Of a stretch of 64,000 bases of DNA, positions 23,047 through 35,143 are shown in pieces. This stretch comes from Cladosporium halotolerans. Its lineage: Eukaryota. The stretch is taken from the NCBI RefSeq assembly GCF_011745625.1, contig NW_027191466.1, positions 434,001 through 498,000 on the forward strand, in the 5' to 3' direction. Positions within the stretch are counted from its first letter, which is position 1. Every line of letters begins with the position of its first letter. A program made the translations under genes and the position numbers. A model generated the notes under the pieces. The model had not been told where the DNA came from, ran no database searches, and saw only the letters and a list, made by a program, of their open reading frames with translations.

Positions 23047-26000
23047 ATGCCTCCAACATGGCCCTCTCGCATCCTGGCGGGGTCCTCGTCTAGCTCGAGC
23101 AACAACGCGCCCCAACACGGCGGCAACCCAACATCCAACACAAGTAATAGCAACAAACCACTCCCACGCGCCCCGGACGCCGCGCTATCTGGCTCGCCGA
23201 CTCGTCCGAGGACTTCATCTGGCAAACATAACCGGACTGCCTCGCACCCGCTGCCGAAGCTGTTCGGGCGGAAGAAGAGCACGGGGAACTTGGGAAACAT
23301 AGATGATGGAGATGGCTTGGTCGACGATGCACTCGTACCAGTGCTGGACCAGCCCGTGGCCGGACAACCGGCTCCGCTACCTGGGAGAGTGATCAGTGGC
23401 AAGAAGAAGCATCCAGGAGAGGACGATGACGGAAAGATCCAGCGCCGGTGTATGTGCTGTGACAGTCGTGTGCGCGTGCCGAAAGAGCTGGACAAGTTCA
23501 GATGCATGTGCTGCTTGACTGTGAATGATCTGGTTATGGTCGGAGGGAATAGCAGAGACACCGGTCGGGATCGCCAAATGAAGGTTCCACTGAGCATCGA
23601 CAGGACTAGAGCGATCATTGACAGCTGCCTGGCGGTGTATCTGCAGGACAGATGCAGAAGGCATGAGGAAAGAGTAGGCGGCTTGCCGAAAGAGCCAGCT
23701 CCAGCTCCCTGGAAACAACCTGACCTGCCTGTTCAGACGCCGCCTGCAGCAGATGATGCACATCAGGGACTGGCGATACCGAAGAGAGAGGGCAAGAAGC
23801 CCGCAGTGCAGCTTAATGACGCTGCAGTTTCTTCTTCACCACCCGATGCAGCACCTGCAACCGACCCGACCGAATCTATGTCAAGCGCGATGATTCGAGA
23901 CTTCAGCGACTTTAATTTGTTTGCTGGGACAAGAATGGATACACCTCCATCCACGAAGACTCCAGCTTCAGGAACGGCTTCTTCAATGCCTCCTCCGCCA
24001 TCAGTACCGCGAAAGCCGGTACCCTCACAACCAACCCGAAAGCCACCTCCACCTCCTGGCGATGGCCACAGGCGTATGCCTCCTCCGCCGCCCTCACGGC
24101 AGGGCTCCGGTCCCACAATTGCCATCAACGGTGAACGTCCATCCAGGCCTCAACAGAGCCCTCTCCTTACTCCTGAAGAGATCGAGTCGAGGAAGCGTTA
24201 CGATCGTGTGAAAACGATCTTCCGACCTCTGGAAGATTATATGCTAGCAACCTTCGGCGACTACGAATGTCTGAACACCAGTTTCAGCACCGCCCGCCCT
24301 GCCGCTGGCCGAACAAAAAGCGAAAGCCATATCGTCACACCACCTCCCGAACCTGTGGACGATAATCGATTCTCGCCTAGTCCAGTGAACATGTTCAACG
24401 AGCTTGATGCGAAGATGCTCCTGCTAGGCGACATAGGCGAGAATGGAAGCTGGTGGGCAGCTGGGAAGAGAGAGCGAGACCGCTCTGATAAGGTGCTAAG
24501 GAACAAGAAGGCTGGATCTGGATCGAGCAAGCCTGTCTCGAGCAAAGCACCTAACATTAACTGGAGCCAGTTGGATGCCTGGTACCGGACTGTCCACTCA
24601 GCTGGCGAAACATGGCGACAGAGACTGGATGCACTAGTACCGCAGACTTCAACTGCCGGGAGAGCTAGTCTTGAGGGGCCGTTCAATCTGGAGGAAATCG
24701 AAAACGATCTTGCTGAAGGAAGGGAGCATGCAGTCAGAGCGCTGCTCAAACTCACCGAGAACTTGCTCAAACGACCTACCAAACCATTACAGGAGCCTGC
24801 AGATGTACGTTTCTTACTAATTATACTGGCAAACCCATCTTTGTATCCTTCGAAGATGCCTCAACGAGCGGCTTTCGGTACTGTCAGGCGTGTCAGTCGC
24901 ACTAACTCTGCGAGGAACGAAGGAGGGCTCCGACCCGCATCTCCTCCCAGAAGCCCGCCAAGGGACGGCAGTGCTCATTCCGGTATTCTAAAGCGCATAT
25001 TTGGCCTTATGGCTAACGCATCTGACATCTGCCATCGTTACCTTATCACCTGGTTCACACGCTTCGACGAAGAACATGTAACATCACTTATCGACCTTGT
25101 TGCATCCTTCGTCACGCATCGAATCGCCCGCCGCGCCAACAAGCCTCGTAGGAAGAGTCATGCGGCGGACGGCGGACTCATTCCTGACCTCAGCGGTGGC
25201 GCCATGAATACCTCGGCACAATTACACGCGGCCATGGGATTGAGTGGCAGCGTCAAGAAGAGGCCCGAAGACAATGACCAGGAGACGGAGTGGGCTGACG
25301 ACTGGCAAGCCAAGGTTGCAGCGAAGGTCATGAGCTTGTTATTCGCCGCCAACAATGTGTGGCAGGGCAAGAGACGTGATGACAAGCTGCTCGAAAGCGC
25401 AGGTGTCGTCCAGCCGCAAGACAAGGCGCGTCGGAGCGGCCAGTTGCTCCACACAAGCTGTTTTTACAATACGCTCCTGGACTATCATGATTTGATCGCA
25501 GATTTCAAGGTGTGGGAAAGCAGGAGGGACAAATTCGCGTTCTGCCAGTATCCTTTGTTCCTAAGTATGGGTGCCAAGATCAAGATCTTGGAGTACGATG
25601 CTCGGAGGCAAATGGAAATCAAAGCACGAGAGGCTTACTTCGACCAAGTCATCCGTCAACGAGCGATCGATGGATATTTCCACCTGCGGGTTCGCAGAGA
25701 CTGCATGGTTGACGATTCTTTGCGAGCCATCAGCGAAGCAGTCGGCGCTGGTCAGGACGAACTCAAGAAAGGCCTTCGGGTGCACTTCTCTGGCGAAGAA
25801 GGTGTGGATGCCGGTGGACCACGCAAAGAATGGTTCCTGATGGTGGCAAGGGAGGTCTTCGACGCGGACCACGGTCTGTTCGTCTACGATGATGAGAGCA
25901 GGACCTGCTACTTCAATCCCAACACTTTCGAGACCAGCGATCAGTATTACCTCGTTGGTGCTCTCCTTGGTCTGGCGATCTACAATAGCACCATTCTGGA

Positions 26001-26865
26001 TGTGGCACTACCTCCCTTCGCCTTCCGCAAGCTTCTCGCCTCAGCGCCCTCGTCTGCTTCATCCAGTGCTGCAACGAGCAACATCACCTCAATCACAGGC
26101 ACCAAAGGCCAGATGACTTACACCATCGCCGACCTCGCAGAATACCGCCCATCCCTCGCCGCCGGCCTGCAGAAGCTCCTAGACTACGACGGCGACGTAG
26201 AAAACACCTACTGCTGGTCCTTCGTCGCGCCCATCGAGCGCTACGGCACCGTCGTCGAGCACCCACTCATCTCCAACGGCGAAAACACGCCCGTGACCAA
26301 CGCCAACCGCGCCGAGTTCGTCGACCTCTACATCCGGCACTTGCTCGACGGCGCCGTCGCGCGCCAGTTCGAGCCCTTCAAGCGCGGCTTCTTCACCGTC
26401 TGCGCGGGCAACGCGCTCAGCCTCTTCCGCGCCGAGGAGATCGAGCTGCTCGTGCGCGGCTCCGACGAGGCCCTCGACGTCGACTCCCTGCGCGCCGTCG
26501 CCGTCTACGAGAACTGGAAGCAGCCCGCCCCGCCGCACCTGCTGCAACCGCGGCCGGCGGACTCCGAGCCCGTCGTCGCCTGGTTCTGGGCGGCTTTTGC
26601 GTCTGCGGCGCCGGCGCGCCAGCGCAAGCTGTTGACGTTCGTCACGGGCTCGGACCGCATCCCGGCCGTGGGCGCGACGAGTCTGGTGCTCAGGATCGTG
26701 TGCGGTGGCGATGGAGTGCGCACTACGCGCGAGGAGCAGGACCGCTATCCGGTTGCAAGGACGTGCTTCAATATGCTGGTGCTGTGGCGGTATCCGAGCG
26801 CTGCGGTGCTGGAGGCGAAGCTTTGGGGCGCGGTGGAGGAGAGCGAGGGTTTTGGGTTGAAGTGA
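23047..26865 (+). CDS. HECT E3 ubiquitin ligase (Hul4/Mug30-like)
   Basis: Intronless. GEEGVDAGGPRKEWF, LTFVTGSDRIP, catalytic PVARTCFNML, terminal EGFGLK; N-terminal CMCC...CMCC Zn-ribbon-like motif. Confidence 0.95.
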   Translation: MPPTWPSRILAGSSSSSSNNAPQHGGNPTSNTSNSNKPLPRAPDAALSGSPTRPRTSSGKHNRTASHPLPKLFGRKKSTGNLGNIDDGDGLVDDALVPVLDQPVAGQPAPLPGRVISGKKKHPGEDDDGKIQRRCMCCDSRVRVPKELDKFRCMCCLTVNDLVMVGGNSRDTGRDRQMKVPLSIDRTRAIIDSCLAVYLQDRCRRHEERVGGLPKEPAPAPWKQPDLPVQTPPAADDAHQGLAIPKREGKKPAVQLNDAAVSSSPPDAAPATDPTESMSSAMIRDFSDFNLFAGTRMDTPPSTKTPASGTASSMPPPPSVPRKPVPSQPTRKPPPPPGDGHRRMPPPPPSRQGSGPTIAINGERPSRPQQSPLLTPEEIESRKRYDRVKTIFRPLEDYMLATFGDYECLNTSFSTARPAAGRTKSESHIVTPPPEPVDDNRFSPSPVNMFNELDAKMLLLGDIGENGSWWAAGKRERDRSDKVLRNKKAGSGSSKPVSSKAPNINWSQLDAWYRTVHSAGETWRQRLDALVPQTSTAGRASLEGPFNLEEIENDLAEGREHAVRALLKLTENLLKRPTKPLQEPADVRFLLIILANPSLYPSKMPQRAAFGTVRRVSRTNSARNEGGLRPASPPRSPPRDGSAHSGILKRIFGLMANASDICHRYLITWFTRFDEEHVTSLIDLVASFVTHRIARRANKPRRKSHAADGGLIPDLSGGAMNTSAQLHAAMGLSGSVKKRPEDNDQETEWADDWQAKVAAKVMSLLFAANNVWQGKRRDDKLLESAGVVQPQDKARRSGQLLHTSCFYNTLLDYHDLIADFKVWESRRDKFAFCQYPLFLSMGAKIKILEYDARRQMEIKAREAYFDQVIRQRAIDGYFHLRVRRDCMVDDSLRAISEAVGAGQDELKKGLRVHFSGEEGVDAGGPRKEWFLMVAREVFDADHGLFVYDDESRTCYFNPNTFETSDQYYLVGALLGLAIYNSTILDVALPPFAFRKLLASAPSSASSSAATSNITSITGTKGQMTYTIADLAEYRPSLAAGLQKLLDYDGDVENTYCWSFVAPIERYGTVVEHPLISNGENTPVTNANRAEFVDLYIRHLLDGAVARQFEPFKRGFFTVCAGNALSLFRAEEIELLVRGSDEALDVDSLRAVAVYENWKQPAPPHLLQPRPADSEPVVAWFWAAFASAAPARQRKLLTFVTGSDRIPAVGATSLVLRIVCGGDGVRTTREEQDRYPVARTCFNMLVLWRYPSAAVLEAKLWGAVEESEGFGLK

Positions 26866-28687
26866 GAGAGAAAGAGAGACGTGGTTGCGCGTCGTTCCTA
26901 GGGATCTTTCTTTTTGCGCAGACTTTCGTTTGCGTGTTGCGAATGTATTGGCTTATCAGGCGTTTTGGATATGCTTGGGAGCATTTGCATGCACTGCAGC
27001 TTTTGGCAGAAGGCATTGGAAAAGCGACATTGCAGATGAACTGGGGCATCGAGGTATACGATCATGCCAGGATGCGGTGTTCTGTCTACCTACACACTAT
27101 TTGTAGATGTGTTACCCTGAGAATGGATGAATGAGAGATTCCTTTCTAACAATAAGTCGAAACTCATCACTTCATCTTGAGCTACTGCGAAGGCGGGCTC
27201 GAGGAGCAGAAAATCGCCATCTCGTTAGACGTTCTTCATGCTTCACACCGCAGTCCGGACTCCAAGCACACCGCGCCCGATCGACCGATAATCTACAGAC
27301 CGACAGAAGACCGCCGCGTATACAGCAATAACCCATATAGCCATGTAGACGAGCGCGCGCGCGCGCGACCGCAAATCGTCGGATCGTCCTCAACACAGCA
27401 GATCAGAATACAGTACAGGAATATAGGTGAAATCCACGAATCCCCGTTACGTGTACATGGCCTGAGCTTCACGTCGTCGCCCGCAAAACCCCGGCTTGCC
27501 AGCAGCCAGCTGCGCGACGACGCAAGCGTTTTGCTGGGCCTGTCTGGCGCTGTCTCAGCCCTGACGACGTGTTCTCAGCGGTTTGATCGGCGCACGGTTG
27601 GGAGGTTTCAGGATGCGTCGCGGTGCGACGTCATGGGCTGTCGGTTTGTCTTGCTTTGGGTGGTTTGGTGGTGTGGTTGTCAGGCTATCGAGACTGCGTG
27701 CGGTTGATGGCACCACTACTGACAGGGCTCGCGTTCCATGCGAGATGACATGCCCCGGTTCTGCAAGCCACAGCGCCCTTTTGCCAGAGCCGGGGCCGAG
27801 TGGGCCACGGCGCGGGAGTGGGCCTTGGGGATTTCGAGGCTTGAACGGTGGGACCGTTTGAGCGGTCCATTTGGGTTTGGGCTCACGCGTGGCCTGCACG
27901 GAGACCGCGCCGTCTAGAGCCTGTTTGCCCTACGCAACCGCGACGGCGGGCGGATGGGGTGTTTGAGGGTTTCGATGGGGTTTTGGCTGCGTTCGGACGG
28001 ATCTGACGGTGGCGCTGTGAGGAGCTGTTCCTGGGGCGCAAAGATGCAAGTCGTCAGCACACGCATGAGGTGGGCCGTATGGTATGCGGCATGGTAATAA
28101 CTGTACGCGTGGGGGCGACTCGTGGCAGGGGAAGTACAATCACCCGCCAAGCGGCTACGCGGCGTGAAGCGAAGGGCGGCGGGCCAACGAGCCCGGCCGT
28201 GGCTTGCCCAGGCGTGGTGTGCAGATCGTCAATTGAAGCGCCTCCTTTGCCTAGGGGTGCCTCGCCGCGGGTTGTGGGGCATTCGCTACACCCAGCATTC
28301 GTCGCGGCGCTCTGCCATATACCCTCTCTCTTATCGCCGCCGCGGAAGATGTTGTCCTGACCCTTCACACCTCCTCTTCTTGGCTCTTGCTTCTCTCCAT
28401 CCTAGCTTGATCGTCTGTCACCGCTCGCTGGCTCGATCCATCTAGCCTGCTACTCCTTCGTTACTCCTACAGCCACCACCCATACTTTCTCTTTCTGACG
28501 CCCAGGTCCTTCTCACTTTCTCGGCATCCACCCATTTCAGATCTGGCTCACGGGTTCTCAAAGCACGTCACTGCGCCCGACATCGAGCCTTCCATTGCCC
28601 GCCTTCTGCAGAAGCCTGATATACCTCCGATAATTTAATACCTCCACACTTCATTCTTCGAGGCGCATCCCCCAAGCACACCTCACA

Positions 28688-29669
28688 ATGGCCTTCCAAC
28701 CCTACACCCCGAAGCCCGTCACCGACATCTTCACCCACGACACCGACATCAACCGCAGAGAATGCCGCCGTGTCGTGCCCATGCGCGTCCTCGCGCTCGG
28801 CCTTGGTCGCACCGGCACTGCCTGTAAGTTGCGACAGCGCATTGCGACACCCATTGGCCAACACTGACCATTCCAAACAGCCCTCCGTAGCGCCCTCACA
28901 GAACTCGGCTTCGACGACTGCTACCACATGATGTCCGCCTCCGTCGAGAACCCTCCCGACTGCCTGATGTGGTCCGACGCCCTCGCGGCGAAGTACGACG
29001 GCAAGGGCACCTTCGGCCGCGAGCAGTGGGACCAGCTGCTGGGCCACTGCCAGGCCGTGTGCGATTGGCCCGCCGTGGCCTTCGCGAAAGAGTTGATTGA
29101 GGCATACCCCGACGCCAAGGTGCTCGTCACCACCAGAGACATCGACAGCTGGCACGCCAGCACCATGAAGACGGTGCACTGGCGCGCCACGGAGCCCGAG
29201 CTGAAGATGGTCGGCAAGTTCGACTGGGCTGCCGGCATGTACCAGCCTATGCTTCACAGTACGTCACCAATTATCCATGGTTACCTGCAGTCACAGTACA
29301 GTTCACTGACAAACCCCAACAGAATTCTGGACCGAGTTCTGGGAAGGCGACTTCGAGAAGAACGGCAAGCGCCGCTACAAAGAATACTACGACGAGATCC
29401 GCTCGCTCGTGCCCGCGGAGAACCTGCTCGAGTACAAGATGGGCGAGGGGTGGAAGCCGCTGTGCGACTTCCTCGAGGTCCCCGTGCCCGAGGGCCGCAA
29501 GTTCCCGCGCACCAACGACACCGACGGCTTCGTCGAGCGCTGCCAGCGCCGCAACCGCATGCAGATGCTCAACGTCGCGTTCCGCGCGGCGGTTGTCGGC
29601 GGCAGCTTGGCGGCTGTCGTGTTTGGTGCCGGTTTGACTGTGAGGAGGTTCTTCGGCCGTAGGGCTTGA
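28688..29669 (+). CDS. P-loop sulfotransferase-family protein (Sulfotransfer_4-like)
   Basis: Exons 28688-28823, 28881-29258, 29323-29669. VLALGLGRTGTAS, CYHM, DWPA, YPDAKV, VPAENLL...EGWKPLCDFL, FPRTND; C-terminal hydrophobic tail. Confidence 0.9.
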
Positions 29670-31596
29670 GCTAGCTTTCTGGGGATGAGAGGGGTTTCGA
29701 CAGGCTGAGGCATTTGCATTGGGGGGCCTGGTTATTTTCTTTGGTTTTTCTCCTGATCTGGAGTGGCGTTTTTCTTGACAGGTGTCACGGGTTATTCGGC
29801 ATATTTCCTTCCAACGGCGCCTTGGGGAAGCACAAGGCGCTCACAGTTTGGGCTCTACAACATTCGACGGCGTTGACTCAAAAGAGGGCTTGTGAGCAGA
29901 AAGCCACTGGTGTTAACAAGGTGGCTTTTCGATTTTACGTAGATGTGTCCAACAGAAATCCAACATCATTGACCTACCTTGAATTGTAATCTCACCTTTC
30001 ACTCGAGCCCGGGTCAGCCAACGCAGCAACACCGAGTGGCAAAAGATGCGCACGACCTGCCCGGCAACGCCGCCTTCAAACCCAGCTTCCTAGGTACCTC
30101 ACTCGCCCTAAAGCCGTCGGAGCGCTCTCCTCCCCCATCGCAAATCATCGCCTAAACCGCGCTCGCCTATCTATCCGCCTGCTTTTATCCATCGACGGGA
30201 CGTGAGGGGGTATTACAGGTTGACAGGATCATAGACTCGCGGATCGCGCGGTGCTGGTAGAGCCCCACATGCTCACTGCGCTCGCTTCGCTTCGCCGGCC
30301 GGGCCTGTCGCCCTTTCTCTGCGCGCGATTGATTAGGCGGTTTCGGGCTGCAGCCAGCCAATGATCTGCTCGTTTGAGAGTTATTGTTCAGAGCTGCCAA
30401 GGGAGTCTAGCTGCGGCGGCGAGTCTGACATGGTCACGGGCTGGACTTCACACTGTCGTCTGGGCTATACTGGCTTCTGGTAGACCTCCAGCAGCGTGAA
30501 CGTCTAATCGCCAACAGGCGCGCGCCAGAACGGCGAAGAACGAACTCTGGCTGAAAGCTTCCTCGTCGACGCCATCACGCACGCCGGCCGGCCGCCCTGG
30601 CCGCTTCTGGGGCTGCAAGCCATGTTGCCGCCGGGAGCTGTACCCCTGCGTTCTGCTGGTTCGCCAGGCCGGCAGAACTGGCCTTGGGATCCGGCTGGGC
30701 GGGCGCCAGATACGCCACTGGATTCTTTCCGTTGCGGGTAGAGTGGTAGCGAGCGACGGTGCCACTGATGTGTGCAGCGTGCTCCGGGTGGGACCAGAAG
30801 ACGTCGAGTGAGGGCGACGGGAGCGAGATCTTGCTAGGCGTGCTAAGGTCAGGGTGAGCGGGTGGAGTGGAGATGGGTCGGGATTTTGGGCGGGCTGCTC
30901 CAACGGCTGCTGCAACGACAACGTCGATGGTTGCGCGGCCCTGTCCAGTGGTGAGGCGAGCAGGCTGCTTCTGGAAGCGCGCCGCCGATCTGTTATCGCC
31001 GCTCAGGGATGGGACTCTGGATTTTTCGCCATCTGGCTGTTTTGGAGGCTGCGCCGCGGTTTGTTTCAGCTTTCTGTTACTGCTGTCTGGCTGCAGTGCA
31101 CGTTGTCGGTCTGCTGAGTTATTGTCACTTCCATTCTTGCATACCATCAGCAAATCCCCCTTTCGCTAGCCCTACGACTAGCCGTGTACGTACCGCGCGC
31201 CCTCGCCTGCGACACCCGTGCGCTTGTGCACGCCACCGGGAAACGCTTCAGCCGCCGACTATTCGCTCCTAGTCTTCACCCACCCAGGCGCTTGAAACAG
31301 CAGGCCGACTTCGCCAGATCCGCTTTCTTGAGGGCGACCAGGGCTCGCAGCAGAGAGCGCAGCGGGGACCACCACATTCCTTTATACACTCACATTCTCT
31401 TTTGCCGTGGGGCACGTTCAACTGCCTTGCCTTATCTATCTTCTGTCTCTTTCGCCTGTTATTCGCCCTGCACAGCGGCCAGGAAGTCTGTCGACATCGT
31501 TCCCTGCGATTGCGTGCTGTTCCGCTCCACTCGCGCCGCGCCGATTGCCCGATTACCGGTTTGGACGCTTATTAACATATTGGATCTCGCGGCCTG

Positions 31597-33745
31597 ATGC
31601 GTTGCTTTTCTTCTTCGGTGGGCGCTTTTGTGCGCAGCGCGACATGTGGACTGTCATTGCTGGCGCTGCTTGGGAGCAGTGGGGTGAATGCGGATTTGAA
31701 TAATGCGACGAGCCCTACATCACAGTTCAAGTCGGTAAGTACTTCTACAGACATGGACTCCGCGGAGTCAACATGCTAGTATAGCTATGCTCAGGGACGG
31801 CACTTTGGGCTTCTCCAAAATTATATGCTGACCTAGCCCTTCTTCCCAGCGACCCGACCTTCACGCACCCATAGTAGACTTCTCCATTCTTAGACCAGAA
31901 CTCATAACACCCGGCTACATCTTCCTCGCTCCCTACCGAAACCTCGATCCTGGTCCTTACATCTACGACAACAATGGCAACCTGGTTTGGTCTGGTGCCG
32001 GCTCTTCCGGTCCCAAGACGGCGCATACACCGCGCGTCTGCCAGTACAAGGGAGAGGACCACTTGTGTTATTTTCAGGGCGAGCAACATCAGGGATTCGC
32101 GAGAGGGCACGGAGTCATTATGGACAAGAATTACAGGATAGTCAAGACGGTGGAAAGCTCTGGCGCAGGCGCCAGCAGCGATATGCACGAGTTCAAGATG
32201 GCACCTTACTCCGATGGCACCACTGTGCTCATGACTGTCTACCAGCCTAGGCAGTACGATCTGACCACGAACCCGCGATTCAATGTGCAAAATGGAATGG
32301 GCTGGATTGTGGAGGGTGTTTTCCAGGAGATCGACATCGAGACTGGCAACGTGGTGTTCGAATGGCGCTCGCTGGACCACTTCGATCCCGGCCTGAGCTG
32401 GACACTCCCGCAGTCCACAGACACCAGCGGAGACGGTCTCCACGAGCAGTCGCCCTGGGACTACTTCCACATTAATAGCGTGGACAAGAACGAGGACGGC
32501 GACTACCTGATTTCCGCGCGCCACATGAGCGCCATCTACAAGCTTTCTGGCGTGGACGGACACATCATGTGGGAGATGGGCGGCTTGAACCCGACTTTCA
32601 ACCAGACCAACTTCCAGTTTTCTTACCAGCATCACGCGCGTTGGATCTACGAGAACTCGACGCACACTATTCTTTCATTTTACGACAACGCGAGCAACAC
32701 TTTCAACTCTACCGGGAAGTTTTCTCATGGCTGGATCATTTCTATAAACCACATCGCCAACACTGCCACTAAGATTGCGCAATGGGGCGCGCCTGAAAAG
32801 GAAGGTGGCCTTCTCTCTGGCTCTCAGGGTAACATTCAGCTCCTCCAAAGCGGCAATGTCCACATCGGCTGGGGCGAGCACCCCTACTTCTCCGAGCACA
32901 CCGCCGACGGCACCCCGGTCATGTACGCTAAACTCGCCGAACGCGACTCTAACGTGATGATCTATCGCTCGAACAAGTACAATTGGACCGCGCAACCCCT
33001 CACCAAACCCGCCCTCTGGACCTTCTCCCGCACCGGCGACCGCCAGAGCGGCATGCGCTTCTTCGTCTCCTGGAACGGCGCCACCGAGGTCCGCGGCTGG
33101 AACTTCTTCGCCGCCAACTCCTCCGCCGGGCCCTGGGCCTTCATCGGCAACGCGACCAAAACCGGCTTCGAGACCGAATACTCCTTCCCCGCCGTCGCGC
33201 CCTGGGCGTACGCGGAAGCCGTCGACGCCGCCGGCCACCCCATCGAGCGCTCCGCCTTCCAGCGCACCTTCGTCCCCTCCCCGGGCCTCGTCAACTTCTG
33301 CGACGACCGCGGCTGCGCGATGTCCGAGAAGACGCCCGACGAGAACCGCACGGGCTACGAGGCCCGCGTCTTCGTCGACCAGAAGTACCTCTCGCCCAAC
33401 CGCGGCTTCGACACGACGCACTACTACCAGGACTCGCCGCGCGGCCGCGCACGCAGGTCGTTCGGTGCGAGAATGGGCGCCGCCGTCGCGGTCTTCCTCG
33501 GCGCGGTGGCGCTCGTGGGCGCCGTGGGCGTGCTGGGGCTTAGGGTTCTGGGCGGGGCGAGGGAGGGGGACGACGATAAGAACGTTCTGCCGCTTTGGTT
33601 GAGGGAGAGGGCGATGGGGCTGAGGGAAGAGTTGGGTCGGACGGGGCTGGGCAGCCGCGTTTTGGGCGCGTATACCAGGGTTGAGGAGAAGGAGATGGAT
33701 GAGGATCTGGCGAGCCCTAGGCAGCACTGGCGGCATCAGTCGTGA
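31597..33745 (+). CDS. Arylsulfotransferase (ASST-domain), signal peptide plus C-terminal membrane anchor
   Basis: Exons 31597-31734 and 31850-33745. SRPDL, GPYIYDNNGNLVWSG, DMHEF, DYFHINSVDK, YQHHARW, SQGN, VSWNGATEV. Confidence 0.9.
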
Positions 33746-35143
33746 GAGTGGGTGGGTGCGCTATTGGAGCATTTTCATTGAAGTTTTATCGTTGCGGATA
33801 TGCATTTTGCCGCGAGTTTCGCAAGCGCTGGCATGGAGTTTTGGGCTACCTATGGGTGAGGCCTGACGAACGCTCTCTTTTTTTATTTGTTTCATAGATA
33901 ATCCTCCGGTCATCTGTACCACTACAGCATCTAGAATTCAACATTGATTATTCCAACATCTCTTACGGGGGCGCTGTTTTTCGATGAGACATGTCTCCAT
34001 TGAACCCTTCTTGGCTGGCCTTACAAGGCCAGCCTGCTCTTGGCCATCCTAAATGCGGCCAGCTCTTTTTCGGTAGAGTTGTGCTACAGATAGGGCAAGC
34101 TGCAGGTTTCGAGTCGGCTTACGTGTGACATTATTGAACCAGACACGTACGTGGTTGTGTTCCTGTGGCTGCTGTGATCACTAGTTATTATCGTGCGACG
34201 TGGACGAGCGTCCATCACACAGCCCTACGTCCCACGCCTCGGCGTGCACACGTCGAACTAGGCAGGGCCGATGTCTGTATCCACCTCATTAGCCAGAGCT
34301 AAACACACGTGGACGGTGCGCCAGCGATTGTGATGACGAAGCCTGAAACGCAAGCAGTGCGGTCCCCCCCTGTCGACAAGCGCCGCCCCAAGCTCAGGCC
34401 GGCAGACGCACGATCTAATGACATTAGAGGGTTCGATCCACTATCCCGGCCGGTCTCCATCTCTCCTCGACACCTTCTTTGCTGCCCTGGCCCCGTCCTG
34501 CCAAGATGCGCGCGGCACCCTTCTTCCGCTCCGCAGCTTGCGAGTCCGACGACTACTGCTGCAGCCCTTCCTGTCTGAGCGCGCGCCGAGGGCCATCGCT
34601 GGACGGTCTCGGGTAAACTGCGTCTTCACGCGCCGTGAGCTGCACTAACATCCTGCTGCGCCGACGGACGACGAACCACGCCTGCGCTGTTGCGAAGTCG
34701 GCTGCGCGAGTGCCTACGCATTGGATCTGCCGCAGTTCGGACCTGTGACGGCAGCACCAGAGTCGGAGGGACTGCAGTGGTGATACAATACAATACAGCT
34801 CCGTCCGCTACACGTCTACAAGCCCGGTATACCAGGTAGCTTGGCGGCCTCTGCCGACGTGCCAGAACCCTTCTCGCCGCCGTCTCATATCTCCAGCGGG
34901 GCCTAGTCCGAATCCCAGAATCGCCCGGCCCTCTCTCCAAGTTCGCTACATCTTTCTCGAACCCGTCCGCGGACGACCAGAAGCCTGTCCCCGGATCACG
35001 CAATCGCACCGCTCGCGAGCCCTGCGCCCTGCCACACGCCCATCCCACGCCGGCTGCCACTGCCTCGACCCCACCACCGCGGGCTCCCCGCCCTCGCACA
35101 CACATAAAAGCTCGCCTGCCGCCGCCGCGACGCCGTGCGGGCG

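Noticed and set aside
27353..27367. (GC)7 alternating tract
   Set aside because: Short microsatellite with no supporting context.
30250..30450. GAAGTCC...GGGGCTC on the minus strand resembling RNase MRP/P P4
   Set aside because: The halves do not match the consensus or pair properly.
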